Source: Callorhinchus milii (Eukaryota). Taken from it: a stretch of 64,000 nt of DNA. The stretch covers positions 76,386,001 through 76,450,000 of the forward strand of contig NW_024704742.1 of assembly GCF_018977255.1 (NCBI RefSeq). Reading direction: 5' to 3'. The notes under the pieces are model-generated. The model saw only the letters and a program-made list of their open reading frames with translations. It had not been told where the DNA came from and searched no databases. Below are positions 61,591-64,000 of this stretch, in pieces. Numbering within the stretch: position 1 is the stretch's first letter; each line of letters starts with the position of its first letter. A program made the position numbers and the translations under genes.

Positions 61591-63544
61591 GGTAGATAGT
61601 ATTTCAGAATCTGATTTATTACAGGACCTATCCATAACATAATACGTTGTTCAATTGTGCCACTCTTGTTTCTTCAATCTCTTGTTGCCTTGTTTATTGA
61701 ATAATTTGAAAAGGTGTTAGAATTCCATCAGAATAGCCAATAGAAGCAGAGTTAGGATTCAGGGCGGCAAAATCCAATTGTAAGTCAAAAAGTATTTCTT
61801 TACCAGAGAATAATCAACTGGAATGGTAGCAGGAATGGTAGTTGATGACAAGACACTGGATTTAATTAAAGAAACAACTTGATGCTGTGATGGAAGGATA
61901 GTAGGTTGAATATTCTGGATGAATGAGAACAAAAGAGCCGAAAAAGTCTTATTTATCTGCACCTATCTTGCGAACTTATCTTGTGATCTAAGAATTGAAA
62001 TTAGCTATGACTGCATTGGGGAGTTTTTGATCTTTAAGTGCTTCACATGCTGGTGATGCCAAAAAATGAACAATTACTTCTGTATTTGATGGCAACTCCT
62101 CAGTTTATCACTGCCAATAATAACAGCAGTCACAAGATTGAAAAACCTAAGCTTGCGATGTAAATATACATAGAGTCAGACATTGGATCATTCAAGATTT
62201 TTTTTCGCCTGACAGCTACATTCCTATAGGGCAGCTATTTTTTAAACACAGATGAACTTGCTAACCTAAGAGAGAATAACCACATTACTATCTGCGATTC
62301 CAGCATTGGGATGTATTGATTAAATACCTATATGTGTACCAACTAGTTAATCCTTCCCCTTACTGAAGGTCAGAATGCCACATTCATCCTCCATATTATT
62401 TTCTTGGGCTGATTTTCATGTGTTTCTTCTATGGAAGTCTAAATTGTGGTTGCTTGAATCTCACCTCTACGACAGAAGGTCATGGGTTGAAGTATCATGT
62501 CAGGGCTTTGAGCTCACAATCTAGGATGACAGTCCAATACATGGCTGGGTTCCTGCTCCAGATCCCTCTAAGACAGCCGGGTGAGGTGAGGTTAGGCTAA
62601 GCCGTTAAACCCTCTGTGATATGGACGTATAATTGCGTAAATAAAATTAATTATTTTTATTATTTATTCCACAAATTTCCTGTGAAACTCTTTGAGATGT
62701 TTCAACATTATGGGCACTGTATTAAATGAAAAGATTAATATATAACGAGTCCTATTCTGTACATAGCAGCAAAATGGGTTTTATATTAAATAAAGCAACA
62801 ATATTCCCCCATCTGTGCATGTGACCTGATCTCAGTCAGGGCAGCACTCAGAATACTGCAATTGGTCTCAACACCTCTGAACTTTTGAGCGAAACAATTC
62901 AGCCCGAGTTCTTATACCTGATCACAATAATAATATAATTCTTACATTTGGTACATTTCCTTTCATGTCAGGAGGATGTTCCAAAGTGCTTCACAGGATA
63001 TACTGTAAAGTGTATGTATGGTCACCATGTACACATTGCGTTTGTGTTGTCTCTTTTAAGAGCATTCTTTCAGTCCCATTTACTTGTCCTTTCCGCACAC
63101 ACCTGTAGTTGACTCTTTATTTTAGGAATTGATCTAGTTCCCTTTTAAAGGCAACATGGATTCTGCCTCAACCATCCTTTGGGTGCATGATGCGACATAA
63201 CTGTAAATGTTATTAGCTTGTATCAGCCTGGCTCGGTTGATAGCACTTTATATAATGACTCTTGGCAATGAGAAGAGTGCATCTGAATGTTGAGTGAGGA
63301 CAGAATTAGGCTTGGCTGTAATGTCCTTCCCTCATGATGTTTTTGAGTGTGTTTAGATCACCAGTTTTGATTAATTTTTTTCAAAAGTGTATTTCATGTC
63401 GAGAGGATGGCCCAAAGTGCTTTAGAGTCACTGCAAAGTGCGGTGACTGTGTGTTTTGTGATTGAACACAGCAGCCATTTTGCGAACAGCAATGTCTGAT
63501 TTGTTTTTGGTAGCCGGGTGTCTGACACATGCGGAAACCCACAC

Positions 63545-63830
63545 AGAGCCAAGAAGTGAATTACCAATTTTATTTGGGGTATTGTTGTCTAGGATACCTG
63601 GAATAAAATGTAATTGAGGTTTGAAACCGCCTGTGGAAGTTACGCTAAATTCGAACTAATGAAACCAACAAGTGATGTTTTGTTCACCAATCTGAAAGAC
63701 ATCACATCCAATAATGCATCCCTCTCCCAAGACTGCATTGGAACAGTCAGCTAAGACACAGTTGAAATTATTGAAAGTCCTTGAACCTTCTGATTCAGAA
63801 GCGCAAGTGCTACCAACTGAGCTAGGCCCA
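63545..63830 (-). mobile_element. Degenerate Deu-domain SINE (family B)
   Basis: Reverse-complement head (GCTCAGTTGGTAGCAC...GAATCAGAAGGTTCAAG) and partial core. Confidence 0.6.
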
Positions 63831-64000
63831 TAAATGCAGCAGGGGAGGTGTCTAAATATTTGTTTACAACATATAAGAGTCAATAATAACAAAAGTGATT
63901 TGTGTTATTTAGACAAGTCTATGTTCCCAAAACATCAATGTATGAGTTTTCAGTCACTTTGCCCCCACTCTCTGGAGTCTACCCAACTCTCCTCTTTCCC

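Overview
Vertebrate genomic DNA, very likely from a cartilaginous fish (inferred from the repeat content: L2, CR1 and Penelope LINEs plus tRNA-headed Deu-type SINEs). Only one protein-coding gene is supported. It is a complete six-exon EGF-family ligand gene on the + strand, best called amphiregulin (AREG) but with clear HB-EGF-like features. TATA box is at 1202. Coding exons are 1430-1475, 2000-2236, 3728-3926, 5055-5210 and 5600-5681, which splice in frame to 239 aa; a non-coding last exon starts at about 6693. The remaining ~57 kb downstream has no recognisable gene and is dense in repeats: several long L2 copies, CR1 fragments, a Penelope GIY-YIG relic, two abundant SINE families, MITEs, a Helitron-like element, and a ~600-bp A-tailed repeat family I cannot name. 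I found no novel multi-gene system. The most interesting items are the mosaic AREG/HB-EGF ligand, a frameshift shared by two L2 copies, a SINE that appears to be a domain mosaic, the unnamed repeat family, the Helitron-like element and a Pbx-Hox/Meis motif cluster. Repeat boundaries were read by eye and are approximate.
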